Below are positions 54,707 to 64,000 of a DNA stretch of 64,000 bases, piece after piece. Position numbers and translations under genes: made by a program. Location: assembly GCA_034521635.1 (NCBI GenBank), contig JAXHMC010000031.1:62677-126676 (forward strand), in the 5' to 3' direction. Source of the stretch: Trueperaceae bacterium (lineage in GTDB: Bacteria > Deinococcota > Deinococci > Deinococcales > Trueperaceae). The notes below the pieces were generated by a model, which saw only the letters and a program-made list of their open reading frames with translations, ran no database searches and was not told the origin of the DNA. Numbering within the stretch: the stretch's first letter is position 1; every line of letters begins with the position of its first letter.

Positions 54707-55776
54707 AGATGATTCCTTTCTTTAGGTGACGTGTCTTTAGATGACGTGATGTTGTGTGTGCCGTGTTGTGTGCGTGATGTTTCGCGCTCGGTGCTAGCCG
54801 CCAAGTCTGGGGTGCTGCGCATGGCGTATCGTCACCGACGCGTGTTTCGTATCTAAGTGTTGTTGTGGGTGCTTGGCGCTAGGCCAGTTAGACACCGAAC
54901 CGGCAATGAAGATAGAAACGTTCCTACCAAAACGGTAGCAGCAAAATCGCCCGCAGACCGTAATGTCGACCCTAACAGCTTCGGGCGCTCGGCACCGCCC
55001 GGCACATCACGGACGCCGAACGGTCGCGTCACCTTAACGAGAGGCGAAACTGTCGCACATGCGTGTTCGAGGAGATAAACGGCTGCCGAGCCCCCGTTGT
55101 TCGGGAGAGGGTGTGTCGACGAGGTCGCGACATTATGCAGAACCGCTTACACGTTCGTGCTAGACGACACACGCTACGACGCCCTTGCCGGTGTTTCTGC
55201 CGTGTGCGCCCTCTGATGTCTCTGCAATGTCCCTGTTGCGACATCCCTGTAATGTCTCTGTATCTCTGCGATATCCCCCGAAACGTTACGGCGTCGCCCG
55301 ATCGCGAGATGGAATCCGACACCAGGACGGGATTTGTCTTATAATTGTCGTGATAACTACCGAAACGCTCGGTAGGCGCTCCGGTCTTCACCCACCCGGA
55401 CGCGCGACGAGGCCTATCGCGGGGTTCGTACGAAGATGTGCGGCCCGTACAAAACGTTGCCCCACTCGTTACTGTGCCGCGCGCTACGGCCTTGGTACCG
55501 ACCAGCACTGCCACCGACTAACGGAGTTGATTGTGATGATTCAGACACTTTCTGTGTGTCGCCCGCGTCACCGCACTACCCGGACTTTTGTGCGGTCCGC
55601 GACGCCCTCGACCTCTTCGCATCCGGCCTACTCTGTCTCGCGGGGTGCGGTTAATTCGGACACCTGTTGCTGTCCCGCCTAGGACTTACAGCCACACCGA
55701 CAGGGGCGGCGCGGTTTCGGAAGCGTTGTCTAGCACGTAACAGAACGACGACCGTAATCTATGGGGGGAAACCTAA

Positions 55777-58700
55777 ATGAGCCTCGCAACAGCTCGTTTC
55801 GACACGTTACGCGGCTATACGCTCCGGCGCAAGATCGGATCGGGCTCTTTTGGCGACGTCTATCTTATGGATCAGGCGCTGCTCGGGCGCGAGGTCGCGG
55901 TCAAGGTGATCTTGCCGCGCTACGCCAACGCGCCCGACTTCGTCCGGTCGTTCGAAGCCGAAGCGCAGCTCGTGGCGAGGCTCGAGCACCCCTTCATCGT
56001 CCCGCTCTACGATTTTTGGCGCGAACCGAGCGGTGCCTACCTGGTGATGCGTTACCTGCGCGGCGGCACCCTGCGCGACCTGATGGACAACAGCGACGAA
56101 CCGCTGTCGGCGGCGAGCGTCGCCGACCTGCTCGACCAGATCGCGTCGGCGCTGCACGCGGCGCACCGGCGCGGCATCGTACACCGCGACATCAAACCGA
56201 CCAACATCATGCTCGACGAGGGGCGTAACGCCTACCTCGCCGACTTCGGGATCGCCAAAGACCTGAACGACGGCTCGAGCCTCTCGCTCGACACCTTTGC
56301 CGGCAGCCCCGCCTACACCACGCCCGAACAGATCCAGGGCCGACCGGTAAGTAGCGCCTCGGACCTCTACAGCTTAGGCATTATCCTCTACGAACTGCTC
56401 ACCAAGCGCTATCCGTTCGCCCGCAACAACATCGCTGCCCTGCTCGAAGCCCACCTCGACACGCCGCTACCGGACCTCGGCGCCGAGCCTAACCCGCTCG
56501 ACGAGGTGCTCCGGCGTGCGACTGACAAAGACCCCGAACGGCGCTACCCGAGCGCCCTAGCCCTTGCGAGCGCGTTTCGGCAGGCGCTGCAACAGCAGAG
56601 CGAGCATCCCGTCACAAACAGAGTCACGAACAGAGCACCGAACAGAACCCGCCCCGACGTCGCGGTGAGCGCCACGGTAACCAACCCCTACAAGGGGCTG
56701 CGGGCGTTTGGAGAGGCCGACGCCGCCGACTTTTTCGGACGTGACGCCCTCGTCACGCGGCTGCTGCTGAAGCTCGGCGAAGACCGTCCCGAAGCGCGCT
56801 TTTTGGCGGTGGTCGGCCCGAGCGGCAGCGGTAAGTCGAGCGTGGTGCAGGCAGGTGTGTTGCCGAAGCTGCGGCGCGGTGCGGTGCCGGGGTCGGCGCA
56901 GTGGTTTGTCGTCGAGATGGTGCCCGGAAACAACCCGCTCGGCGAGCTCGAAGGGGCGCTACGGCGGATCGCGACCCGCCCGCTCGGCGACGTCGGTGCG
57001 CGGCTACTCGCGAGCGACCGGGCGCTTGCGGACATGCTCGACGACGTCCTCTACGGCCAAGACGGTGACCTGCTGCTCGTCGTCGATCAGTTCGAAGAGC
57101 TGTTTACGCAGACCGAAGACGACGTGTTGCGGCGCAGCTTTCTGGCGAACCTGCAGCGGGCGCTAACCGATGCGGACAGCCGCTTGCGGGTCATCATCAC
57201 GCTGCGGGCCGACTTTTACGACCGTCCGCTCTTAGAGCCGGGCTTCGGCAGCCTGGTGCAGCGGCGCACCGAGGCGGTCATTCCGCTAAGCGACCAAGAG
57301 TTGCAGGAGGCGATCGTGCAGCCCGCCGAGCGGGTCGGGTTAGGGCTCGAGCCCGGTCTTATCTCGGTGGTGGTACAAGACATCCGCGACGAACCGGGTG
57401 CGCTGCCGCTGCTGCAGTACGCGCTGACCGAGCTGTTCGAGCAGCGCGACGGTACGCTTCTGACCCACCGCGCCTACCGTCGTAACGGCGGCGTACGCGG
57501 GGCGCTCGCCCGGCGGGCCGAGGCGATTTACAACGAGGCGAACAGCCGCGAACAGGCCGCGATCCGGCAGCTCTTTTTACGTCTGGTGAGCTTCGGGAGC
57601 GAGGGCCAGCTGACCCGGCGCCGCGCTTTGCGGGCCGAACTCGTCGCGTCGGCGCAGTCCGGTCGTGCGGGCGACGCTGACGCGCCAGACGTGACGCGCC
57701 AGGTGCTCGAGCGCTACGGGAGCTACCGGCTGCTCACCTTCGACGTCGACCCGCTCAGCCGCGAACCGACCGCCGAGATCGCGCACGAGGCGCTGCTCCG
57801 CAACTGGAGCCGGCTCGGTGTTTGGCTCGAAGAGAATCGCGAAGCGCTGCACGTCCAGCGGCGTCTGTCGGTCCTGACGCGCGAGTGGATTGGTGCCGGG
57901 CGCGACCCGAGCTTTCTGTCGCGCGGCGCCCAGCTTGCGCAGCTCGAGCGCTGGTGCCGCGACCACGACCTGACCCCGAACGACGACGAGTGCGCCTACA
58001 TCGAGGCGAGTGTTCGCGCCCGCCACGTCCGCGACGCACAGGAGGACGCCCAGCGCCGCCGCGAACAGACGTTGCGGTCGCGCTCGCGCTGGTTTTTGCG
58101 GGGGCTGGTCGGGGTGATGGCGGTCGCGATGCTCGTGTCGCTAAGCTTGTTGCGAAGTTCGCAGCAGGCCGAGCAGATCGCCGCCGACCTTGCCACGCGG
58201 GCGCAGAGCCTCGCGCTGACCAACGGCGCCCAGCTCGCGATCCGCGACAACGACCTCGACCAGGCCATCGCTTTGGCGCTAAGCGCGCTCGAAGTCGGCG
58301 GGCCGATCCCGCAGGTCGAACGGATGCTCTCCGAAGCGGCCTACGCGCCCGGTACCGAGCGGCGTTTTGAGTTTGGTGCCGGGCCGACCTGGTCGGTTGT
58401 AAGCCACCCGACCCGGCCCGAAGCGTTTGTTGCGACCGAGCGCGGCGGCGTGGTGCGGTGGCGGCTCGAGCCCTCCACCCCCGGCTTAGACACGTTAGAC
58501 ACAAACGACACCGTAGACACAAATGATACCGTCCTCGAACGCCTCCCCCACAGCGGCCCGGTCTACAGCCTCGCCCTAAGCCCCGACGGCAGCAGCCTCG
58601 CGACCGGTAGCGCTGACGGCACGGTGCGGATCTGGCAGCTGTCACGGCGTTCTGCCGACGACCTGTCTGGTGACCTGTCTGGCGACATGACCGGTGACCC

Positions 58701-60327
58701 GTTAGGCGAGCCCGCCTCGGTAGCGCGGCTGTTCGGGCGTCACGACGGCGCGGTACGCAGCCTCGCTTTTAGCCCCGACGGACGCAGCCTCGTGTCGGGC
58801 GGCGACGACGCGACCATCTGGGTCTGGAGCGTTCGCGACGGCGCAGAAGTGGCGCGTCTGGATCAGCACGGGACGCCGGTCTACGCGCTGCACTACGGCC
58901 CTAACGGACAACGGCTGGTTAGCGGCGACGCAGACGGTCAGCTGATCGTCTGGAGCACCGAACGTTGGGAGCCGCTCGCGCAGCGGCGGGGTCACGACGG
59001 CGAAATCTGGGCGCTCGACATCAGCAGCGACGGGTTGCAGCTTCTCTCCGCTGCCGCCGACCGGCAGGTGCGGGTGTGGCGGCTCGAGCCCCTCCTGCGC
59101 CTGAGCGAGTTCGGCGGTCACACCGACCAGGTCTACAGCGTCCGCTTCGGCCCGGACGGTACGAGCGCGTTTTCGGGGTCGCAAGACACCAGCGTGCTGT
59201 GGTGGAGCATCGACAACGGCGAGATCCGCCACCGCTTCGACGCTCACAGCGGCGGCGTCCACAGCCTCGACCTAGACGTCGACGGGCGGTTGCTGTCGGC
59301 CTCCTACGACGGCACGGTGCGGCGCTGGGCGCTCGAAAGCGGCGTCGCCGAAACGGTCTGGAGTGGCCACAGCGAGCGGATTCGCAGCGTCGCGTTTAGC
59401 GCTGACGGCAGCCGCGCCCTCTCTACCTCCGACGACACCCGGCTCCTCCTCTGGGACACCGACACCGGCAGGCCGATCCACCGCCTAGACGGACACACCG
59501 CGCGCGTTCGCAGCGTCGCTTTCGCTCCAGACGGTAACCACGCCCTCTCCGCCGCCGACGACCGGACGCTGATCTGGTGGGATCTAAACACCGGCACGCC
59601 GGTCTACACCCTGACCGGCCACCGCGAACAGGTCTACAGCGTCGCGCTTAGCCCCGACGGCAGCCGCGCGGTGTCGGGATCTTCGGACGGCGACGCGATC
59701 CTCTGGGATCTTACGACCGGCACCGAACTGCGCCGCTTTAGCGATCATGTCGGTTGGGTTCGCGGTACCGCCTACAGCCCCGACGGGGCCACCGTGTTGA
59801 CCGGTAGCGGTGAGGGACGCGCGCTTAGTGTCTGGGACGTAGACAGCGGCGAACGGCTGCACCACCTGCGCGGCCATAGCGACTGGCTTTGGGAGGTCGC
59901 CTACAGCCCCGACGGACGCTACGCGGTGTCGGGCGCCTCGGACAACAATGTGCTGGTCTGGGATCTCGTCGCTGGCAGCCTCGTAGCGCGTCTGCGCGGC
60001 CACAGCGCGCCGGTCTACGACGTAACTTTTAGCCCCGACGGCGACTACGTGGTGTCGGCGGCAGGAGACGGTACGGTGCGGGTCTGGGAGGTGGCGCGGG
60101 CCGAAGAGGTGCGGCGCTTTCGGACCGGATCGGCGGTGTGGGGGGTCGCGGTCAGCCCCGACGGCGAGACGGTGCTGTCCGGCGGCGACGACGGGGTGGT
60201 GCAGGTGTGGCGGCTCGAGCCCTCCCTCGACAACCTCGTGAGCTGGACGTACGCCAACCGCTACATCCGCCCGCTGACCTGCGACGAGCAGCGGCGCTAC
60301 AGCCTCCCCGAAACGTCCTGTTCCTAA
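55777..60327 (+). CDS. Multidomain signalling protein: Ser/Thr protein kinase + STAND P-loop NTPase + TM segment + C-terminal WD40 beta-propeller repeats
   Basis: Kinase subdomains (GSGSFGDVY, VAVK, HRDIKPTN, DFG, APE). Walker A VVGPSGSGKSS. TM helix WFLRGLVGVMAVAMLVSLSLL. At least 12 WD40 repeats (…GSxDGTVRVW…). 1516 aa. Confidence 0.85.
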   Translation: MSLATARFDTLRGYTLRRKIGSGSFGDVYLMDQALLGREVAVKVILPRYANAPDFVRSFEAEAQLVARLEHPFIVPLYDFWREPSGAYLVMRYLRGGTLRDLMDNSDEPLSAASVADLLDQIASALHAAHRRGIVHRDIKPTNIMLDEGRNAYLADFGIAKDLNDGSSLSLDTFAGSPAYTTPEQIQGRPVSSASDLYSLGIILYELLTKRYPFARNNIAALLEAHLDTPLPDLGAEPNPLDEVLRRATDKDPERRYPSALALASAFRQALQQQSEHPVTNRVTNRAPNRTRPDVAVSATVTNPYKGLRAFGEADAADFFGRDALVTRLLLKLGEDRPEARFLAVVGPSGSGKSSVVQAGVLPKLRRGAVPGSAQWFVVEMVPGNNPLGELEGALRRIATRPLGDVGARLLASDRALADMLDDVLYGQDGDLLLVVDQFEELFTQTEDDVLRRSFLANLQRALTDADSRLRVIITLRADFYDRPLLEPGFGSLVQRRTEAVIPLSDQELQEAIVQPAERVGLGLEPGLISVVVQDIRDEPGALPLLQYALTELFEQRDGTLLTHRAYRRNGGVRGALARRAEAIYNEANSREQAAIRQLFLRLVSFGSEGQLTRRRALRAELVASAQSGRAGDADAPDVTRQVLERYGSYRLLTFDVDPLSREPTAEIAHEALLRNWSRLGVWLEENREALHVQRRLSVLTREWIGAGRDPSFLSRGAQLAQLERWCRDHDLTPNDDECAYIEASVRARHVRDAQEDAQRRREQTLRSRSRWFLRGLVGVMAVAMLVSLSLLRSSQQAEQIAADLATRAQSLALTNGAQLAIRDNDLDQAIALALSALEVGGPIPQVERMLSEAAYAPGTERRFEFGAGPTWSVVSHPTRPEAFVATERGGVVRWRLEPSTPGLDTLDTNDTVDTNDTVLERLPHSGPVYSLALSPDGSSLATGSADGTVRIWQLSRRSADDLSGDLSGDMTGDPLGEPASVARLFGRHDGAVRSLAFSPDGRSLVSGGDDATIWVWSVRDGAEVARLDQHGTPVYALHYGPNGQRLVSGDADGQLIVWSTERWEPLAQRRGHDGEIWALDISSDGLQLLSAAADRQVRVWRLEPLLRLSEFGGHTDQVYSVRFGPDGTSAFSGSQDTSVLWWSIDNGEIRHRFDAHSGGVHSLDLDVDGRLLSASYDGTVRRWALESGVAETVWSGHSERIRSVAFSADGSRALSTSDDTRLLLWDTDTGRPIHRLDGHTARVRSVAFAPDGNHALSAADDRTLIWWDLNTGTPVYTLTGHREQVYSVALSPDGSRAVSGSSDGDAILWDLTTGTELRRFSDHVGWVRGTAYSPDGATVLTGSGEGRALSVWDVDSGERLHHLRGHSDWLWEVAYSPDGRYAVSGASDNNVLVWDLVAGSLVARLRGHSAPVYDVTFSPDGDYVVSAAGDGTVRVWEVARAEEVRRFRTGSAVWGVAVSPDGETVLSGGDDGVVQVWRLEPSLDNLVSWTYANRYIRPLTCDEQRRYSLPETSCS

Positions 60328-60429
60328 ACAGCGTTTATCCTCTGGGTACACAGCCGGGTACACAGCAGGACGGACACGAAATTCGTCCTGCTTTTCTAAT
60401 GCCGGTCGTGGGTCGGTCCTTAGCGCCCT

Positions 60430-62185
60430 CTAGTCCTCTTTCTGCGTGACCCGTAACACCCGCAACCGGTTGAGCGCGGCGGCGACCTCGAACCGGCGCG
60501 GCCTCGCGAGGTTGCCCGGGTGCTGGCCCTGAAACGGGCTTACCGTCTCGACCCCCTCGCGGTCGAAACGTGCGTCGAGGTCGTCCATCAGCTCGCGCAG
60601 CGTCAGGCTATCTTTCGCTAACTTTTTTCCTAACAGTTCGAGTGCGTCGGCGACGGCGGCGGTCTGGCTCCGGTCGACGAGCTGTTCTAGGTAACGCAGG
60701 TCGAGGTCGCTGTGGCCGTACTGGATCTGCTCGGCCCCGCGCACCCTGACCTTCCCCTTCCGGCTCGTCGCTCTAGGGTCGAGGCTGCCCGCGTCGGGCC
60801 CACGCTCTCGCAACCGCCCGATATCGCCGCCCGTTTCGCGCTGCCGCGTACTCTGCTGCTCGGTCGCGATCCGTTTCGCCTCGGCGGTCACGTCGACCGG
60901 CTGGTAGTCGCGCATCATCACCACCACGTCGGCGACCTCGAAATAGTCGCCGCTGCCGCCCATGACGAGCACCGTCGACACGCCCCGGTCGCGGTAGAGC
61001 GCTTCGATCTGGTCTAGAAACGGCGTGATCGGCTCGTGCTCTTTGGCCACCAACGCCTGCATCCGGGCGTCGCGCACCATAAAGTTGGTCGCGCAGGTGT
61101 CTTCGTCGAGCAGCAGCCCGCTCGCGCCGACTTCGAGCGCCTCGACGATGTTGGCGGCCTGGCTGGTGCTGCCGCTGGCGTTGTCGGAGCTAAACGAACG
61201 GGTGTCGCGTCCGCTCGGCAGCGACCCGATAAAGGGCCGGATGTCGACCGCTGTGACGCTGCGCCCGTCTTCGCTGCGGATCTTGACGAGGTCGGGATCG
61301 GCGACGACGTACTCGCGCCCGTCGCCGGGGATGTGCGGATAGACGCCCCGCTCGAGCCCCGCGAGCAGCGTCGACTTGCCGTGGTAGCCGCCGCCCACGA
61401 TCAGCGTCACGCCGCGCGGCACCCCCATCCCCGTGATCGTCTGGCGCCGCTCGCCCGCCCACACGAACGCGTTAGGCAGGTCGATATCGACGCGTAAGCT
61501 CTCGGGCGATCGAAACGCTACCGCCTCGTTCTGAAGACAGGGGCCGGTCGCTCGCGCCGCTCTCGCGTGGCAGCACCGAGCCGTCGGCGACGAACGCGAC
61601 GAGATCGCGCTCCCGGAGCTGTGCGCGGATATGTTCCTGGTTTTCGGCGCACGCGACGAACGCCTCGACTTCGCCCTGCGGCAGCGTCGCCCACTGCAGC
61701 GTCTCGCTAACGACCATCGGCAACTCTTCGGTGAGCATCGCGCGGGCCTGGTAGCCGAGCACGGTGCGGCCCCGAGCGGGCAGGCCGGCTTCGAGACGGA
61801 GTTCGATGCCGTTGTCGCTAATACGACAGGCGGTCCGCTCTAGAATCTCCTGTCCGCCCGCGTCGATGAGCAGGGCGCCGCTCTTACCCGACCCCCGGTG
61901 GCCCTGGGCGTGTTCGGCCATGCGGGCTCGAGCCCGCCGCGCTAAGTAGTCTTCGAGCGCGACGCGCCGCACCGGCGTCTGGTAGAGCTGTTTCGGGATC
62001 TCGGCCCGGTCGTGGTCGACGTAGGCCCGCAGCTTCGAGGGCGCCGCGAACGGGTCGCCCTGGACGTGGTCGACGTAGAGCCTAAAAAAGTCGTAGTCGT
62101 AGTGACCGCGAATGTCGTTGTAGGCCTTGTAGCCTCTGCCGTCGATGCGGCCTAGTGTGTCGTGCAGATCCTGGTCGGTCGGCAT
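60430..62185 (-). pseudogene. PF09818-type predicted ABC-class ATPase, split by a frameshift into N- (61472-62185) and C- (60430-61464) parts
   Basis: The N-part carries the family's N-terminal signature ...YKAYNDIRGHYDYDFFRLYVDHVQGDPFAAPSKLR. The C-part has TGMGVPRGVTLIVGGGYHGKSTLL...DASGSTSQAANIVEALE...LLLDEDTCATNFMVRD. The two ORFs are in different frames, overlap by 9 nt, and together equal one full-length family member. This could be a sequencing error rather than a real frameshift. Confidence 0.55.
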
Positions 62186-62270
62186 GTCTATCCCCCCAAA
62201 TGCCTGTAGCGTAGCGCGTCTGCGGGAGCCGCTACTGTAGGACGGCGTCGCCTTTCGAGGCGAGCGAGGG

Positions 62271-63299
62271 CTAGGCGGACGTACCGGACGTGTCGGGCGA
62301 TTCGCGGCGTTCGGGGTTCGGTTCGGGCGGGGCGTCGTTAAGGGCCGCCCGGCGTTCGGGGGGGGTGTCGGTAGAGGTGGGGGGCTCGAGCCCCGACAAC
62401 ATCTCCCGCAAGCCGCCGACCGCTCCGAGAAACCCGCTCGCTTCAAACGGCATGTAGACGACCTTGTTGTCCTTGCCCGACACCATCTCTTTAAGCGTGT
62501 CGAGATAACGGACGTTGATCAGGTACCGGCTCGGATCGTGGCCCGACGCCTCGCGTAACATCGTAATCGCGTCGGCTTCGGCCCGGGCGGTGCTAAGCCG
62601 CGCCTGCGAGTCACCTTCGGAGTCGAGAATCTTCGATTTTTTCCGGGCTTCGGCGCGAATCAGCGTCGCCTTGCTCTCTCGGTCGGCCCGAATCTGCTGC
62701 TCTAGCGCCTCCTGAATCTCCTGGGGTGGGCTGATGTTTTGCAGCTCGATCCGGTTCACCTGCACGCCCCACTTCTCTGCCGCCTCGTTCAGAATCTGCC
62801 GTAGCCGCGTGTTGATCTTGTCGCGTGACACGAGCGTTTCGTCGAGGTCGAGTTCGCCGATCACGTTGCGCAGGTTGGTCTGGGTTAGCGTGCTCAGCGC
62901 GTCGGGCAGGTTTTCGATCTCGTAGATCGCCTTCTTCGGATCGACCACCCGAAAGTAGAGCACCGCGTCGATGCCGGTGTTGACGTTGTCTTTGGTGATC
63001 ACGCTCTGCTTGGTAAAGCTGTAGACCTGTTCGCGCAGATCGATGCGGCTCGTCATCACCGTGACAAACTTGTTGGTCGCCGGGTCTTTGCGGCGCCACA
63101 ACATCTCTCGCGGCTGGTCGATCAGGGGTACGAGCACGTTGACGCCGCTGCTAAGCGTTTTGCGGTAGCGTCCGAAGCGCTCGATGAGAACCGTCTCGGC
63201 CTGTTTGACGACGAACACGCCGAGCATCAGAAACGACACGAGTAGAAACACGAGCAGCCCCGACCCTGTCGCGATTAGCACGATCACTAACGTCGGCAT
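62271..63299 (-). CDS. SPFH/band-7 (stomatin/prohibitin-like) membrane protein
   Basis: N-terminal TM (MPTLVIVLIATGSGLLVFLLVSFLML), then SPFH core (VNTGIDAVLYFRVVDPKKAIY...). Start at the ATG at 63299; the ORF-track N-terminal extension to 63578 is an artefact. Confidence 0.8.
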   Translation of the reverse strand: MPTLVIVLIATGSGLLVFLLVSFLMLGVFVVKQAETVLIERFGRYRKTLSSGVNVLVPLIDQPREMLWRRKDPATNKFVTVMTSRIDLREQVYSFTKQSVITKDNVNTGIDAVLYFRVVDPKKAIYEIENLPDALSTLTQTNLRNVIGELDLDETLVSRDKINTRLRQILNEAAEKWGVQVNRIELQNISPPQEIQEALEQQIRADRESKATLIRAEARKKSKILDSEGDSQARLSTARAEADAITMLREASGHDPSRYLINVRYLDTLKEMVSGKDNKVVYMPFEASGFLGAVGGLREMLSGLEPPTSTDTPPERRAALNDAPPEPNPERRESPDTSGTSA

Positions 63300-63579
63300 C
63301 GATCCGCCGCCTGACGATCTGCTGTCTGCCGATATACAACCACAGTAACGCTCATAAATCTTAGTGTAGCAGGCCGCTCGGTTAGGCGACTGAGGGGCGT
63401 CCAAAACGAAATCTAAGACAAAACATCTAAGACAAAACAAGACAAAAGAGCAGCGACGATTCGCGTCGTCATTCTGGATAACGCTGCAACCATCACCGTC
63501 GGCAGATACCGGGCAGAGACGGGTGGTGATGCTTTGTGGAGAGTCTGTTTGGGGCTCGAGCACCAAACTCACCGACATT

Positions 63580-63607
63580 AAAAAAGAGAGGGGTTTGTCC
63601 CCTCTCT
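63580..63607 (-). terminator. Intrinsic terminator downstream of the H+-PPase gene
   Basis: Stem AGAGAGGGG/CCCCTCTCT with loop TTTGT. The minus-strand transcript is followed by a U-run (plus-strand AAAAA at 63581-63585). Confidence 0.55.
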
Positions 63608-63647
63608 AGGTCGTGTGTGGTCGTATGGTCGAATCTAACTGCCGGGT

Positions 63648-64000
63648 CTAGAAGATAAGCAGGCCACCCGTCGAGGCGATGATCGCCGCGAAGATCAGCG
63701 CGATCGTGTTGATCACCTTGATCAGCGGGTTGATCGAGGGGCCGGCGGTGTCCTTGTAGGGGTCGCCGACCGTGTCACCGACGATCGCGGCTTCGTGAGC
63801 GTCGCTGCCCTTGCCGCCGTGGTTGCCGTCTTCGATGTACTTCTTAGCGTTGTCCCAGGCGCCGCCGCCGTTCGACATCATCAGCGCCATCATTAGGCCG
63901 CTACCGATCACGCCGATCAGCAGGCCGCCGAGCGCGAGCGGGCCGAACAGAAAGCCGACGATAAGCGGTGCGACGACCGCCATAATGCCCGGCAGCGCCA
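63648..64000 (-). CDS. hppA: Membrane-bound H+-translocating pyrophosphatase, C-terminal end (gene continues beyond the window)
   Basis: C-terminal signature ...[48 protein letters not shown].., typical of V-type H+-PPases. Confidence 0.85.
   Translation of the reverse strand, partial: ALPGIMAVVAPLIVGFLFGPLALGGLLIGVIGSGLMMALMMSNGGGAWDNAKKYIEDGNHGGKGSDAHEAAIVGDTVGDPYKDTAGPSINPLIKVINTIALIFAAIIASTGGLLIF

Noticed and set aside
57755-60363. 296-aa and 259-aa minus-strand ORFs inside the STAND/WD40 gene
   Set aside because: Low-complexity Arg/Gly-rich antisense frames. The plus-strand gene has unambiguous kinase/NTPase/WD40 motifs.
62186-62446. Pro-rich N-terminal extension of the PF09818 N-part ORF (and the similar 63300-63578 extension of the SPFH gene)
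   Set aside because: Unstructured Pro/Arg-rich translation upstream of clear native starts (the ATGs at 62185 and 63299). Upstream open frame only.

Overview
This is a high-GC (~65-68%) bacterial chromosomal window with about 50 protein-coding genes on both strands. I see no rRNA or tRNA genes.

Main content, in coordinate order:
- Housekeeping genes: aldehyde dehydrogenase, an fadD-like acyl-CoA ligase, acyl-CoA dehydrogenase, rpmE, sufE, aroA, cmk, nadK, a SlyD-type FKBP, a molybdopterin oxidoreductase, and a partial H+-PPase at the 3' edge.
- A type I-C CRISPR-Cas locus on the minus strand (cas3-cas5-cas8c-cas7), followed directly by a 42-repeat array (7365-10358). There is no cas4, cas1 or cas2 anywhere in the window. 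The repeat is an unusual 37 bp and folds into a 9-bp stem closed by a UUCG tetraloop. About half of the repeats are sequence variants, and two spacers occur twice.
- Next to cas3, a Class-I Fic toxin/antitoxin remnant: an intact VbhA-like antitoxin ORF with an S-x-x-x-E-G motif, followed by a frameshifted Fic gene whose core motif is degenerate.
- A sqdB-sqdX sulfolipid gene pair plus a GT2 glycosyltransferase.
- A ferric-siderophore ABC uptake cluster with an embedded Apd1/Aim32-like Cys2His2 thioredoxin-like ferredoxin.
- A secreted protein built from five tandem PPC-like domains.
- A 1516-aa Ser/Thr-kinase / STAND-NTPase / TM / WD40 protein.
- A frameshift-split PF09818 'ABC-class ATPase' next to an SPFH (band-7) protein.

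The most striking signal is window-wide. The palindrome GGGCTCGAGCCC, and the 8-mer core GCTCGAGC, occur dozens of times where roughly two or fewer copies would be expected. About 75% of the coding copies sit in the same reading frame, so '(G/R)-L-E-P' turns up in unrelated proteins. The motif is essentially absent from the lower-GC CRISPR-Cas/Fic island, which suggests that island is horizontally acquired. All motif counts below are by-eye estimates, not computed.
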